The notes below the pieces were generated by a model. That model did not search any database and was not told where the DNA came from. It saw only the letters and a program-made list of their open reading frames with translations. The translations under genes were made by a program, and so were the position numbers. This document shows positions 1-9,723 of a stretch of DNA of 24,000 nt, in pieces (position 1 is the stretch's first letter; every line of letters begins with the position of its first letter). The DNA comes from Trabulsiella guamensis ATCC 49490. Its GTDB lineage: Bacteria > Pseudomonadota > Gammaproteobacteria > Enterobacterales > Enterobacteriaceae. The stretch is taken from the NCBI RefSeq assembly GCF_000734965.1, contig NZ_JMTB01000095.1, forward strand, positions 33,056 to 57,055, in the 5' to 3' direction.

Positions 1-1
1 G

Positions 2-19
2 GAGCACAGCCACGGATGA
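2..19 (+). CDS. nikC: 3' end of the upstream ABC permease gene (nikC-like), partial
   Basis: An open frame enters from the window edge and ends at TGA 17-19, overlapping the nikD ATG (ATGA at 16-19). Only 5 codons are visible, so identity rests on nikABCDE synteny alone. Confidence 0.35.
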
Positions 20-780
20 CCTCGCAACTGGAACTGCACAACATCACCCTGAGTGCCGAACGCCCGCTGGTGCACGGCGTGTCGCTGACACTGCGTAAAG
101 GCCGTGTGCTGGCGTTGCTCGGCGGTAGCGGCAGCGGAAAATCACTGACCTGCGCCGCCGCGCTGGGTGTATTACCAGCAGGCGTACGCCAGACAGCGGG
201 CGAAGTGCTGGCAGACAGTCGGGCGGTATCGCCTGCGAGCCTGCGCGGCACGATGGTCGCCACTATCATGCAAAACCCGCGCAGTGCCTTTAACCCGCTT
301 TACACCATGGCGACGCACGCGCGGGAAACCTGCAGGGCGCTGGGAAAACCCCTTGATGACGCGACACTGCTTGCCGCACTGGAGAGTGTCGGGCTGGACA
401 ACCCCCACAGCGTGCTGACGCTCTACCCGTTCGAAATGAGCGGCGGCATGCTGCAACGGATGATGATGGCGATGGCGGTGCTCAGCGACGCACCGTTTAT
501 CATCGCCGATGAACCAACCACCGATCTCGACGCTGTAGCGCAGGCGCGCATTCTTGATCTGCTCGATTCACTGATGCAGACCCGACGACCGGGATTACTG
601 CTGGTGACCCATGATATGGGCGTCGCCGCACGGCTGGCCGATGACGTCGCGGTGATGGACAATGGCCGCATCATTGAGTACAGCGACGTAGAAACGCTGT
701 TTACCGCACCGCAGCACCCGGTGACCCGGCAATTACTGGCGGCGCATCTGGCGCTGTATGGCATGGAGTTACCGCAATGA
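16..780 (+). CDS. nikD: Nickel ABC transporter ATP-binding subunit NikD
   Basis: 254-aa ORF with Walker [12 protein letters not shown] signature MSGGMLQR and Walker B IIADEPTT. It is near-collinear with E. coli NikD as I recall it. ATGA start/stop overlaps occur at both ends. Confidence 0.93.
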   Translation: MTSQLELHNITLSAERPLVHGVSLTLRKGRVLALLGGSGSGKSLTCAAALGVLPAGVRQTAGEVLADSRAVSPASLRGTMVATIMQNPRSAFNPLYTMATHARETCRALGKPLDDATLLAALESVGLDNPHSVLTLYPFEMSGGMLQRMMMAMAVLSDAPFIIADEPTTDLDAVAQARILDLLDSLMQTRRPGLLLVTHDMGVAARLADDVAVMDNGRIIEYSDVETLFTAPQHPVTRQLLAAHLALYGMELPQ

Positions 781-1568
781 CGCTTTTCACTGTCAGTCAG
801 TTAAATCACGGTTATCCCCGGCGCCCCGCTGTGCTGAACGACGTTACCTTCGCACTCAGGCCCGGCGAAACCGTCGCCCTGCTGGGGCGCAGTGGCTGCG
901 GCAAAAGTACATTAGCGCGGCTGCTGGTCGGGCTGGAAACTCCAGCCTCGGGCGAGATCCTATGGCAGGGCAAACCGCTTGCTGCGCTGAAAGGCGAGGC
1001 TAAGCGGGGTTTTTACCGCGACATTCAGATGGTGTTTCAGGATGCGATCAGCGCGGTGAACCCGCGTAAGACCGTGCGCGAGATTATTCGCGAGCCGTTG
1101 CGCCACCTGATGCGTTGTTCGCGGCAGGAACAGCAACAGAAAATCGCGGCGATGATGGAAGCGGTTGAACTTGACCTGTCGATGCTGGATAAACGGCCGC
1201 CGCAGCTCAGCGGCGGCCAGCTTCAGCGGGTGTGTCTGGCACGTGCGCTGATTGTCGAACCCAAACTGCTGATCCTCGACGAGGCCGTCTCCAGCCTCGA
1301 TCTCGTCCTGCAGGCAGGCATTATTCGTCTTTTGAAACGACTGCAACAGCAATCCGGCGTCGCCTGCCTGTTCATCACCCACGACCTGCGGCTGGTCGAG
1401 CGGTTTTGCCAGCGGGTGATGGTAATGGAGTGCGGGCAACTGGTGGAAACCACTGTCGTGCAGTCGCCGCTTCGTTTTCAGACCGCCGCAGGACAGGCGC
1501 TTCAGCGTGCTGTACTGCCTGCGTTTCCCGCCACCCTGACTAAAGGAAAACTCGCATGCAGCGCGTGA
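777..1568 (+). CDS. nikE: Nickel ABC transporter ATP-binding subunit NikE
   Basis: 263-aa ORF with Walker A GRSGCGKS, signature LSGGQLQR and Walker B LILDEAVS. It is strongly similar to E. coli NikE from residue ~25 onward and overlaps nikD by ATGA. Confidence 0.93.
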   Translation: MTLFTVSQLNHGYPRRPAVLNDVTFALRPGETVALLGRSGCGKSTLARLLVGLETPASGEILWQGKPLAALKGEAKRGFYRDIQMVFQDAISAVNPRKTVREIIREPLRHLMRCSRQEQQQKIAAMMEAVELDLSMLDKRPPQLSGGQLQRVCLARALIVEPKLLILDEAVSSLDLVLQAGIIRLLKRLQQQSGVACLFITHDLRLVERFCQRVMVMECGQLVETTVVQSPLRFQTAAGQALQRAVLPAFPATLTKGKLACSA

Positions 1569-1963
1569 CCATTACCCTTGATGACGATCTGTTAACTACC
1601 CTGGATGCGCTCAGCGAGCATCACGGCTATCGCAACCGTTCCGAAGCAATTCGTGACATTTTACGTAACGCGCTGGTGCAGGAGAAAAGCCAGCAGGCAG
1701 ATCGCCAGGGCTACGCCGTACTCTCTTACGTGTATGAGCATGAAAAGCGCGATCTGGCGAGCCGTCTGGTCTCCAGCCAGCATCATCATCACGACCTGTC
1801 AGTCGCTACGTTGCATGTGCATATCAGTCATGAGGACTGCCTTGAGATTGCGGTACTGAAGGGCAACATGCATGAAATTAAGCATTTCGCCGATGAGATG
1901 ATTGCCGAACGCGGCGTCAGGCACGGCCATTTGCAGTGCCTGACGGCGGAAGATGACCTGTAA
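1556..1963 (+). CDS. nikR: Nickel-responsive ribbon-helix-helix repressor NikR
   Basis: 135-aa ORF with the RHH N-terminus [13 protein letters not shown]. The C-terminal Ni-site pattern is present (HHHH ... HVH ... EDC). It overlaps the nikE 3' end by 13 nt. Confidence 0.95.
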   Translation: MQRVTITLDDDLLTTLDALSEHHGYRNRSEAIRDILRNALVQEKSQQADRQGYAVLSYVYEHEKRDLASRLVSSQHHHHDLSVATLHVHISHEDCLEIAVLKGNMHEIKHFADEMIAERGVRHGHLQCLTAEDDL

Positions 1964-1965
1964 CG

Positions 1966-2748
1966 TTATGCGTCGTCTTCGTCCTGCATGATGGCACTGC
2001 GACCACCGTCCATCACGATAGTGGTACCGGCGATGAATCCGGCGTTCTCACTGGCTAAATAGAGACATAGCTCGCCGACCTCTTCAGGCCGCCCGATGCG
2101 CCCGACCGGGTGTTTTTTGATGGTCTTTTCGCGTGCCAGTCGCGCATCCGGATGGGCATCAAACCACGCCTGGTTGCCGTCCGTATCGATAAACCCTGGC
2201 GCGATGCCCACGGTGCGGATCTCTGGCCCCCACTCAATCGTCAGGCTTTGTACCAGGGACAGTAATGCGCGTTTGCTGATGTTATAAGGCGCGCAACCGG
2301 GCATAGTAGAAAACGCGTGGTTGGAGGTCATTATCAGGATCACGCCGCGGCTTTTCTGCAACGCCGGACGCGCACATTTCGCCAGATACCAGTGCGAACG
2401 CAGATTCAGGTCGAAATTTCGTGACCAGTCGCTTTCGTCGCAATCAATGCCTTTGAATACATTTTTTCCGGCGTTTGACACCAGTACATCAATGCGGCCA
2501 AACCGCTGCTCCGCCTCGCTGATAAACTGTTTGATCTGTTCCGTCTGCGTGACATCCACGGAATGATAGAAAAAGCGCTCCGGCCAGTCAGCCAGCATTT
2601 TCTGCGCCTGCGGCGCGTTGCTCAGCGCGGAAAAAGCGCAGCCAATCACAATGTCGCCGTGGTGCAGAAAGGTCTCTGCAATTGCCTGACCAATCCCCTG
2701 GCTGGCCCCTGTCACGATAACGACGCGGGGGGTTTTCTGTTGCATCAT
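1966..2748 (-). CDS. Classical short-chain dehydrogenase/reductase, candidate sugar 1-dehydrogenase (or 2-keto-3-deoxy-acid dehydrogenase)
   Basis: Motifs: cofactor TGASQGIG, NAG motif VSNAGKN, catalytic S...YNISK, C-terminal IAGTTIVMDGG. The start was trimmed from the ORF-track start (2811) to ATG 2748. That ATG has a GGGAG Shine-Dalgarno 5 nt upstream and lies 10 nt after the stop of the preceding gene. Confidence 0.85.
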   Translation of the reverse strand: MMQQKTPRVVIVTGASQGIGQAIAETFLHHGDIVIGCAFSALSNAPQAQKMLADWPERFFYHSVDVTQTEQIKQFISEAEQRFGRIDVLVSNAGKNVFKGIDCDESDWSRNFDLNLRSHWYLAKCARPALQKSRGVILIMTSNHAFSTMPGCAPYNISKRALLSLVQSLTIEWGPEIRTVGIAPGFIDTDGNQAWFDAHPDARLAREKTIKKHPVGRIGRPEEVGELCLYLASENAGFIAGTTIVMDGGRSAIMQDEDDA

Positions 2749-2758
2749 ACCTGCTCCC

Positions 2759-3688
2759 TTAGCGGTGATTACCCGCAGTGGATAAATGAAACTGAGAAAT
2801 AAACTGGTCAATCAGCGCGTTATCTTCCGCGCTCAGATGCCAGCCAGGACGGCGGCAGTAATCGCTGACAATAATTCCGCGCCGCGTCAGGATCGTTTTT
2901 TCTACCTGAATGATATATTCGCAGTGGCTCATCCAGCGCTGGATGTACGGCAGCATCGCCTGATGCAGTGCCTGCGCCTGATCGCTCTCATCCGCCAGCC
3001 AGTGGCGATAAATCCGGGTATAGATTTCAGTAAATGAGCAACCCGGCATCACGCCCTTGCCGCCAGCCTCAAGCATTTGCAGCATGTACAGCCCGGCATA
3101 GCCATTCAGCACGCTGGCCTGCGGCGCCCGGGCGAGAAACTCGCGGGTGTAAGCGACGGGCGGATTGCATTCGATTTTAAACACCGCATGCGGATAACGG
3201 GACGCCACCGCAGCCAGCTGTTCCGGGGTGATGGCGAGCCCGGTTTCGCCGGGTGCGTACTGCACCATCACCGGAATATCGACCGCTTCCAGCACAGCGA
3301 AAATATGTGCCTGAATGGCCTGCGCGTCCGGCTGTAGAAAAAACGGCGGCAGCAGCATTAACGCATCTGCGCCCAGATCAGCGTAATAACGGGCTCGTTT
3401 TACCGCCAGTTCGGTGCTGTGATCGGTGACCGACATCGCCCGATACAACGTACTACCCGCCAGCGTACTGACGAACATCTGCGCCAGCCGCTCGCGCTCG
3501 CGATCGTCAAGTTTTGGGAATTCACTGGCAATGCCAAACAGCGTGGCGCCCTGCGTGCCGGTTAAGGCCAGATGTTCAAGCAGCGCGACAAAACTGCGCT
3601 CGTCGATCTCCCCGTCCGGGGTAAACGGCATGGCGACAATCGGATTGACGCCAACAATTTCGCTGGCCTTATAGTGCATGCTCATCAC
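2759..3688 (-). CDS. DHDPS/N-acetylneuraminate-lyase family class I aldolase or dehydratase (2-keto-3-deoxy-sugar-acid enzyme)
   Basis: About 308 aa. Family-like motifs are GIASE (position of GxxGE), QYAP (Tyr of YNxP) and AVFKIE (candidate Schiff-base Lys). The start is GTG 3688 or ATG 3685, and both overlap the dehydratase stop TGA 3685-3687, indicating translational coupling. Confidence 0.8.
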   Translation of the reverse strand: MMSMHYKASEIVGVNPIVAMPFTPDGEIDERSFVALLEHLALTGTQGATLFGIASEFPKLDDRERERLAQMFVSTLAGSTLYRAMSVTDHSTELAVKRARYYADLGADALMLLPPFFLQPDAQAIQAHIFAVLEAVDIPVMVQYAPGETGLAITPEQLAAVASRYPHAVFKIECNPPVAYTREFLARAPQASVLNGYAGLYMLQMLEAGGKGVMPGCSFTEIYTRIYRHWLADESDQAQALHQAMLPYIQRWMSHCEYIIQVEKTILTRRGIIVSDYCRRPGWHLSAEDNALIDQFISQFHLSTAGNHR

Positions 3689-5394
3689 GCATCCTCCCCG
3701 TCTGCCAGCACCGCGCCCTGCGCCGCAGGCAGCGCCCAGCGACGATAGAGACGCAGAAAACCGCGCGGTACCGCTTTATTGACTGGCTGCCAGTACGCAC
3801 GGCGTGCAGACAGTACTGCTTCATCAACGAGCAGCATCAGCGTACGACCGGGGATATCAATCGACACCTCGTCGCCATTCTCAATCAGCCCCAGCGTACC
3901 GCCGTCGATCGCTTCCGGTGAAATATGCCCGACAAACAGCCCACGATTAGAGCCGGAAAAACGACCGTCGGTAATCAACGCGCAACTGTCGGAAAGCCCC
4001 ATGCCTTCGAGTGATTTCATAGGACGGTACATTTCCGGCATTCCCGGCCCGCCTTTCGGCCCTTCGTAGCGCAACACCAGCACGCTGCCAGGCTGAATAC
4101 GCCCTGACATGATCGCAGTAACCGAATCGTCTTCGCTGTTAAACACCACCGCGGGACCGCGGAATGTCATTAAATGTTCCGGCACCGCAGCGGGTTTCAC
4201 CACGCAGCCCAGCGGCGAGAGATTGCCATGTAAGACGGCGACGCCCGCTTCGTTACGTACCGGGATCGCCAGCGTCTGGATCACCTCCGGTCGGCGGGTA
4301 CGCTGACCTTCCGCCAGCAACTGGCCTTTGGTTTTGCCGACAACAGTTAATGCATTCGGGCGCATCAGCGCGGCAATTTCATGTTCGACCGCCGGCACGC
4401 CGCCCGCCTCGTAGAAATCGATCATGTCGTATTCCGATGCCGGGTAGAGCGAGGCCACCAGCGGCACCCGATGGCTGAGCGCATCAAACGTCGCGAGCGG
4501 CAGATGCCCCAGTTCCGCTTCGTAGTGAATCGCCTGCAAGTGAAGAATGGCATTGGTGGAACCGCCCGTGGCTAACAGATACACCATGGCGTTGTGCAGC
4601 GCGTCCGGGGTGATAATCTGCCGCGCATTGACGCCATCGCGTACCAGCCTGACCGCCTGACGCCCGGATTCCAGCGCGCACTCACGGCGGGCGGTGGAAA
4701 CCGCAGGCAACATGCTGCTGCCGGGCAGACTCATGCCGAGCACTTCAGCGATGGCGCACATGGTATTGGCAGTACCGTACATCGTGCAGGAGCCCGGCCC
4801 CGGCTCGGCGATATCTTCGATATGCGCAAATTCGGCGGCGGTGATTTCGCCGCGTGCTTTCCAGCCCACCGCTTCCGTGACGATATTGCCGTCCCAGTGT
4901 TTGCCTTTGTATTCCGCCGGATACATAGGGCCGCCATTAACCATAATCGCCGGGATATCCAGCCGTGCCGCCGCCATCAGCATCGCAGGGACGATTTTGT
5001 CGCACGAGCCCAGCAGTACCATGCCGTCGAAACGGTGCGCACGCATCATGGTTTCGATAGAAGCGGCAATCACTTCACGCGCGGCAAGGATATAACGCAT
5101 CCCGAGATGCCCTTCGGCGATCCCGTCGCAGGGCGCGATGGTGCCAAACACCATGCCAACGCCGCCCGCCTCTTCAATGCCCTGTAACACCTTTGCGGTG
5201 AGCTCATTCAGATTCACGTGCCCGGCGGTGGCGTTGGTGTAACTGTTCACTACAGCGATCACCGGACGGCGTAGCTGTTCATCCGTATGCCCCATCGATT
5301 TATACAGCGCACGTTTCAGCGCGCCGCTGTCTCCTTCGAGGATTGGGTTGAAATGCGTGCCGCAGCTGGCACATCCTCCACATTCACTCTTCAT
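3685..5394 (-). CDS. IlvD/Edd-family sugar-acid dehydratase (pentonate/hexonate dehydratase type)
   Basis: 569 aa with an ATG start at 5394. Family blocks resemble E. coli IlvD: [43 protein letters not shown]. Three Cys in PCDG / GSCDK / [12 protein letters not shown] match the pattern of the [2Fe-2S]-type pentonate dehydratases. Confidence 0.88.
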   Translation of the reverse strand: MKSECGGCASCGTHFNPILEGDSGALKRALYKSMGHTDEQLRRPVIAVVNSYTNATAGHVNLNELTAKVLQGIEEAGGVGMVFGTIAPCDGIAEGHLGMRYILAAREVIAASIETMMRAHRFDGMVLLGSCDKIVPAMLMAAARLDIPAIMVNGGPMYPAEYKGKHWDGNIVTEAVGWKARGEITAAEFAHIEDIAEPGPGSCTMYGTANTMCAIAEVLGMSLPGSSMLPAVSTARRECALESGRQAVRLVRDGVNARQIITPDALHNAMVYLLATGGSTNAILHLQAIHYEAELGHLPLATFDALSHRVPLVASLYPASEYDMIDFYEAGGVPAVEHEIAALMRPNALTVVGKTKGQLLAEGQRTRRPEVIQTLAIPVRNEAGVAVLHGNLSPLGCVVKPAAVPEHLMTFRGPAVVFNSEDDSVTAIMSGRIQPGSVLVLRYEGPKGGPGMPEMYRPMKSLEGMGLSDSCALITDGRFSGSNRGLFVGHISPEAIDGGTLGLIENGDEVSIDIPGRTLMLLVDEAVLSARRAYWQPVNKAVPRGFLRLYRRWALPAAQGAVLADGEDA

Positions 5395-5411
5395 AACGTT
5401 CTCTTTAGCGT

Positions 5412-6764
5412 TTAGCGATAATTACTGGCAGCATCAGGCTGCGCGGTGGGGTGTTCAGGTGTTCGGTGGCGCGTTGGATTTGCCAGTCGCGCAGGCAGAG
5501 CCAGGATCAGCGGGGCGCAAAGCAACAAGAATCCCGCCAGGATATACAGACCGATATCGGTGCTGCCGGTGGTGTCTTTCAGCCAGCCGAGCACGGTAGG
5601 CCCGAAGAAACCGGCGAGGTTACCCACCGAGTTCACCAGCGCAATGCCCGCCGCGGCCGCCGTGCCGGAAAGCATGGCCCCGGGCAGGCTGATATAGGTG
5701 GGGATCAGTGCAAGGGTGCCGGACATGGCGACGCAGATCCATGCCATCATCCAGAAGGTTGAACCACTGCAATATGCGCTCAGCGTCAGCCCGACACAGC
5801 CGATAACAGCCGGAATAGCGATATGCCAGCGACGCTCCTGTCTGACGTCAGAATGGCGGCTGTTCCACACCATAAACGCGGCACCAAATACATAGGGCAG
5901 TGCCGCCAGCAGACCAATCAGGAGATCGTCGCTGACACCGGAGCTTTTAATGATCGACGGCAACCAGAAATTAATGCCGTAGTAACCGATGTTGAAACTG
6001 AAAAACACCAGCGCCAGCAGCCAGACGTAGCCGTTGCTGAACATCGCTTTCAGACTGCTGTCGACCTTGCCATGGCTGGCCTGTTCGCGATTGCCGGCAT
6101 CTTTCTCCAGGTCATTGAGGATCAGCTGTTTTTCATCATTGCTGAGCCATTTTGCAGATTTCACATCGTTATCAAGGTAGCGTAACACCACGAACGCCAG
6201 CAGAAATGACGGTACGGCTTCCACCAGGAACAGCCATTGCCAGTTGTGCAGGCCGCTAACATCTTCAAACAACTTGAGAATCAGGCCTGAGAGCGGACTG
6301 CCGATAATCGTCGACAATGGCGTCACCAGGATAAACAACCCCAGCGTGCGCGCTGAGCGCCAGGAGGGGAACCACAGCGTCAGATAAAAAACGATGCCAG
6401 GAAAGAATCCGGCTTCCGCTACGCCGAGCAGGAAACGCAGTACGTAAAACTGCGTTGGTGTGGTAACAAACATCATCCCAGCCGACAGTACCGCCCAGGT
6501 CACCATAATGCGGGCAATCCAGAAGCGCGGCCCGAAGCGCTGCATCAGCAAGTTGCTCGGTAGTTCGAAGAGAAAGTAGCCGATGAAAAAAATCCCTGCG
6601 CCGAGGCCGTACACCGTCTCACTGAAATTCAGCGCATCCTGCATATGCAGCTTGGCAAAACCGACGTTCACGCGATCGAGATAGGCAAAGAAATAGCACA
6701 GGATCAGAAACGGTATTAGTCGCCGGGTCACTTTGCGGTACACCTGATTTTCATGAATTTTCAT
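5412..6764 (-). CDS. MFS transporter, anion:cation symporter (ACS) family, candidate sugar-acid/H+ symporter (TtuB/DgoT-like)
   Basis: 450 aa and multi-TM. The N-terminal signature [31 protein letters not shown]...[10 protein letters not shown] is typical of ACS-family acid transporters. It starts 2 nt after the stop of the upstream gene. Confidence 0.85.
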   Translation of the reverse strand: MKIHENQVYRKVTRRLIPFLILCYFFAYLDRVNVGFAKLHMQDALNFSETVYGLGAGIFFIGYFLFELPSNLLMQRFGPRFWIARIMVTWAVLSAGMMFVTTPTQFYVLRFLLGVAEAGFFPGIVFYLTLWFPSWRSARTLGLFILVTPLSTIIGSPLSGLILKLFEDVSGLHNWQWLFLVEAVPSFLLAFVVLRYLDNDVKSAKWLSNDEKQLILNDLEKDAGNREQASHGKVDSSLKAMFSNGYVWLLALVFFSFNIGYYGINFWLPSIIKSSGVSDDLLIGLLAALPYVFGAAFMVWNSRHSDVRQERRWHIAIPAVIGCVGLTLSAYCSGSTFWMMAWICVAMSGTLALIPTYISLPGAMLSGTAAAAGIALVNSVGNLAGFFGPTVLGWLKDTTGSTDIGLYILAGFLLLCAPLILALPARLANPTRHRTPEHPTAQPDAASNYR

Positions 6765-6766
6765 AC

Positions 6767-8200
6767 TCAGAGGCTCCGTTCAGTGGTAATGACGCTGTGG
6801 GTATGCGGCGTCTGCCCGATATGGCGCAGTGGCGCACCGCGCATCAGGTTGCGTTCAATGTTTTCCAGCGAGATGTTTTTTGTTTCCGGGACGAAGATCA
6901 GTGTCAGTACGATGCATACCACGTTCAGCAGGGCGTACAGCCAGAAGGTGTTCGGACTGCCGATGGTGTCGATGAGCGTCAGGAAGGTGGCGCCGATCAT
7001 CATATTAGCGATCCAGTTCGCCATCGTTGAACAGGTGACACCGAAATCACGTCCAGCCAGTGGCTGGATTTCCGAGCACAATACCCAGATCAACGGCCCG
7101 GCGCTCATCGCAAAACCGGTGATGAAGATCAGCAGTACCGCCACTGCGACATACTGCTCCGCCCCTGCGCTGATACCGCTGTAAAACAGATAACCGAGCA
7201 GTCCCATGCAAACCGCCATCACGGAGAAACCGAGTTTGAGGATCGGTTTGCGCCCCCAGCGATCCACCAGACCGATGGCGATAAAGGTCGCCAGCACGTT
7301 AGTCAGCCCGGCAATTACCGTGCCCCACATCTGTTCGCGGGTGGTGGTGAAACCGGCAATTTCAAAGATTTTTGGCGCGTAATACATGATGACGGTCATG
7401 CCAGTGAACTGCTGCATAAACTGCAACAGCACACCGAGATACGTTGAGCGACGGAAATGCGGGTTATGGCGGAACAACTGCAGGCCGCGCTGTTTCATCT
7501 TCACACTTTCGCGGATTTGCGCCAGTTCCTCACGCGCTTCCTGATCGCTGTTACGCAGCAATTTCAGCACCTTCGCCGCCAGTTCATGACGATCTTTCAT
7601 CGCCAGCCAGCGCGGACTTTCAGGCAGCGTTAATACGCCGATGAACAGCACCAGCGCCGGGAACGTGATGATACCCAGCATCCAGCGCCAGTGACCGCCC
7701 GCGCTGAACGCGGTATCAGAAAGGAACGCCGCCAGAATGCCGATAGTAATCATCAACTGGTACAGAGAAATCATGCTACCGCGAATGCGTTCCGGCGCGA
7801 TTTCAGAGAGATAAAGCGGTGCAGTAAATGACGCGACGCCCACCGCCAGCCCGAGAATAAAGCGTGAAATGACCAGCACTGAGAGAGCTGGCGCCATCGC
7901 ACAACCCACAGAACCCACCACGAACAGCAGCGCGCCGATCAGCAGGCTTTTCCGCCGTCCCAGCGACGACGACATCGGACCACTGCACAACGCGCCCAGC
8001 GCGGCGCCGAACATCATCACGCTGACCACCACTTCCTGACTGTGGCTGCTGAGCGTAAATTCCTGAGCAAGAAACGGCAGCGCGCCGGCGATAACACCCA
8101 TATCAAGACCAAACAGCAGTCCGGCCAGCGCAGCGAGAAAACAAACGAGGATCGTTTGCCGGTTTGTATTTACTGGTGAAGTCAATGTACTCATCGTCAT
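6767..8200 (-). CDS. MFS sugar porter, paralogue of galactose/H+ symporter GalP
   Basis: 477 aa with long identical blocks to E. coli GalP by recall: FLAALAGLLFGLD.GVIAGALPF, LGLAVGVAS.TAPLYLSEIAPE.IRGSMIS.YQLMITIGIL, VIMYYAPKIFE.AG, GLVDRWGRKP, GPLIWVLCSEIQPL.GRDFG, PETK..SLE.IERNLM. The true start may be the second ATG (8194), which has better AAGG spacing. Confidence 0.9.
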   Translation of the reverse strand: MTMSTLTSPVNTNRQTILVCFLAALAGLLFGLDMGVIAGALPFLAQEFTLSSHSQEVVVSVMMFGAALGALCSGPMSSSLGRRKSLLIGALLFVVGSVGCAMAPALSVLVISRFILGLAVGVASFTAPLYLSEIAPERIRGSMISLYQLMITIGILAAFLSDTAFSAGGHWRWMLGIITFPALVLFIGVLTLPESPRWLAMKDRHELAAKVLKLLRNSDQEAREELAQIRESVKMKQRGLQLFRHNPHFRRSTYLGVLLQFMQQFTGMTVIMYYAPKIFEIAGFTTTREQMWGTVIAGLTNVLATFIAIGLVDRWGRKPILKLGFSVMAVCMGLLGYLFYSGISAGAEQYVAVAVLLIFITGFAMSAGPLIWVLCSEIQPLAGRDFGVTCSTMANWIANMMIGATFLTLIDTIGSPNTFWLYALLNVVCIVLTLIFVPETKNISLENIERNLMRGAPLRHIGQTPHTHSVITTERSL

Positions 8201-8219
8201 GCCTTGAGGGTAAAAGGAA

Positions 8220-9071
8220 TTAAAGACGGAACCGGCGAGCGGGCTGGCCCGTCATCGTTGTGGTTATTTTGAGTAGTGCGCCGTCAATGGCCTGCGGCTG
8301 GCGCAGCCCGTCACGAGCGGAAGTAATGTAGAGGTCGTTGAGCGTGTCACCGCCAAAGGTGCAATTGCTCGGCTGACGCACCGGCAGCGCCAGCGCGCCA
8401 GTTTCTTCTGGCGACGCGTGGCCGAGATCGCAGTACACCAGCTTCGCATCGCCCCAGCGGGCGTTGATAAGCCAGCCATCGCGGGTCAGCGATGAGCCGT
8501 CAGGTGTTCCCCCGACCAGATAGCGCTGTTGAATGTTCAGTGAGCCACTGGCATAAGCCGCACGGTAGAAACAGCCGTTAAGCGAATCCGCAAACCAGAT
8601 CTCGTCCTGCCACCAGATCAGCGTGTTAGGCACCCATTGCGCCGTCAGCAGCTTTTGCGGCCTCGCATGTGGCCCTGCGAGACGATACCAGCAGCCCACT
8701 TGCCGTTCGGCGTTCACATCCATTGAGCTGAACCACAACGCGCCATCCGGTGCGATAGCGGCTTCGTTTGGTCGGGTGTCGCGGGCTTCCGGCCAGTCGC
8801 AAAGCGGCGTGAAACGCGAGCTTTCGTAGTCATACAGCGCAATGCCCGTCTGGCTCACCACCAGAAACCGCCCGGCGTCTTCGGTCAGCAGCACGGCGCT
8901 GGTGAAATCCGGCATGTCACGGACTTCGATACGGGTAGCGTCCTTCGGCCAGTAGCGCAGCAGCTTTCCTGCCACGATATCCACCCACAGCAAAGAGTGG
9001 CTGCGCTCGCACCACACCGGGGTTTCTCCCAGTTGAGCGCGGTAATCGCCAATGACGTGAATCGGGTTCAT
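8220..9071 (-). CDS. SMP-30/gluconolactonase/LRE-family sugar lactonase
   Basis: 283 aa with family blocks GETPVW...LLWVDI, PNEAAIAPDGALWFSSM, TPDGSSLTRDGWL and CTFGGDTLNDLYITSA. The start was trimmed to ATG 9071, which has GGGGAG 7 nt upstream and lies 4 nt after the dgoA-like stop. Confidence 0.87.
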   Translation of the reverse strand: MNPIHVIGDYRAQLGETPVWCERSHSLLWVDIVAGKLLRYWPKDATRIEVRDMPDFTSAVLLTEDAGRFLVVSQTGIALYDYESSRFTPLCDWPEARDTRPNEAAIAPDGALWFSSMDVNAERQVGCWYRLAGPHARPQKLLTAQWVPNTLIWWQDEIWFADSLNGCFYRAAYASGSLNIQQRYLVGGTPDGSSLTRDGWLINARWGDAKLVYCDLGHASPEETGALALPVRQPSNCTFGGDTLNDLYITSARDGLRQPQAIDGALLKITTTMTGQPARRFRL

Positions 9072-9075
9072 GGCA

Positions 9076-9723
9076 TTACTCCCCGACGCTGCGCCAGGCC
9101 TGCTGATAGGCCATTGCACAGGCACGGAGTTGCGTCATGCTCATTCCTGCCTGATACAAACCGCCACCGAGCCCGAAACCGTTCGCGCCTGCCTGGACGT
9201 AACTCTGCATTTGCTGTGCGTCCGGCTGAATACCGCCTACCGGCAGACAGGCGACATCAGCCGGTAATACCGCGCGGAAAGCTTTCACCAGTGCGGGCGA
9301 AACCTGTTCGGCAGGAAAGAATTTCAGCGCGCTGGCTCCGGCGTGCAGCGCGGCAAACGCCTCGCTGGGGGTCATGATCCCCGGCAGGCTGAGCAGCCCT
9401 CTCTCACGGGTATGGCGAATCACCTGTTTGTCGCAGTTGGGGGAAATAATCAGTTGCCCGCCGCACTCCGCCACGCGATCGACCTGTTCTGTCGTCAGTA
9501 CCGTGCCCGCGCCAACGTATGCCCGACCGTTGACCGCATCGCACATCAGGCGGATGGATTCGTACGGCGACGGGCTGTTAAGCGGGACTTCCAGCCAGTG
9601 GAAGCCGCATGAGAGCAATATCTCCGCAGCATGCTGCGCATCGGGCGGCGTGATGCCCCGCAGAATGGCAATCAGTGGCAGCGGCTCATCCTGCCAGCGG
9701 GCATAAAAATGTTCCGGGTTCAT
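9076..9723 (-). CDS. dgoA: 2-dehydro-3-deoxy-6-phosphogalactonate (KDPGal) aldolase, DgoA-like
   Basis: 215 aa, alignable by eye over its full length to E. coli DgoA: PLIAILRGITP, EVPLNSP (catalytic Glu), GAGTVL..EQVD, ALKFFP (Schiff-base Lys), VGGI.P. The start ATG 9723 forms an ATGA overlap with the dgoK-like stop. Confidence 0.9.
   Translation of the reverse strand: MNPEHFYARWQDEPLPLIAILRGITPPDAQHAAEILLSCGFHWLEVPLNSPSPYESIRLMCDAVNGRAYVGAGTVLTTEQVDRVAECGGQLIISPNCDKQVIRHTRERGLLSLPGIMTPSEAFAALHAGASALKFFPAEQVSPALVKAFRAVLPADVACLPVGGIQPDAQQMQSYVQAGANGFGLGGGLYQAGMSMTQLRACAMAYQQAWRSVGE

Noticed and set aside
1966-2811. Extended N-termini in the ORF track for the SDR (2811), lactonase (9125), dgoA-like (9867), dgoK-like (10658), regulator (11527), rsmJ (18130) and rlmJ (20208)
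   Set aside because: The extensions overlap upstream genes or regulatory DNA, lack homology, and several use non-ATG codons. Internal starts with a Shine-Dalgarno and homology-consistent N-termini were chosen instead (2748, 9071, 9723, 10622, 11452, 18067, 20310).
4594-5187. 197-aa plus-strand ORF, together with other 60-135-aa ORFs inside 3685-5394
   Set aside because: They are antisense or out of frame within the IlvD/Edd dehydratase gene and have no independent support.
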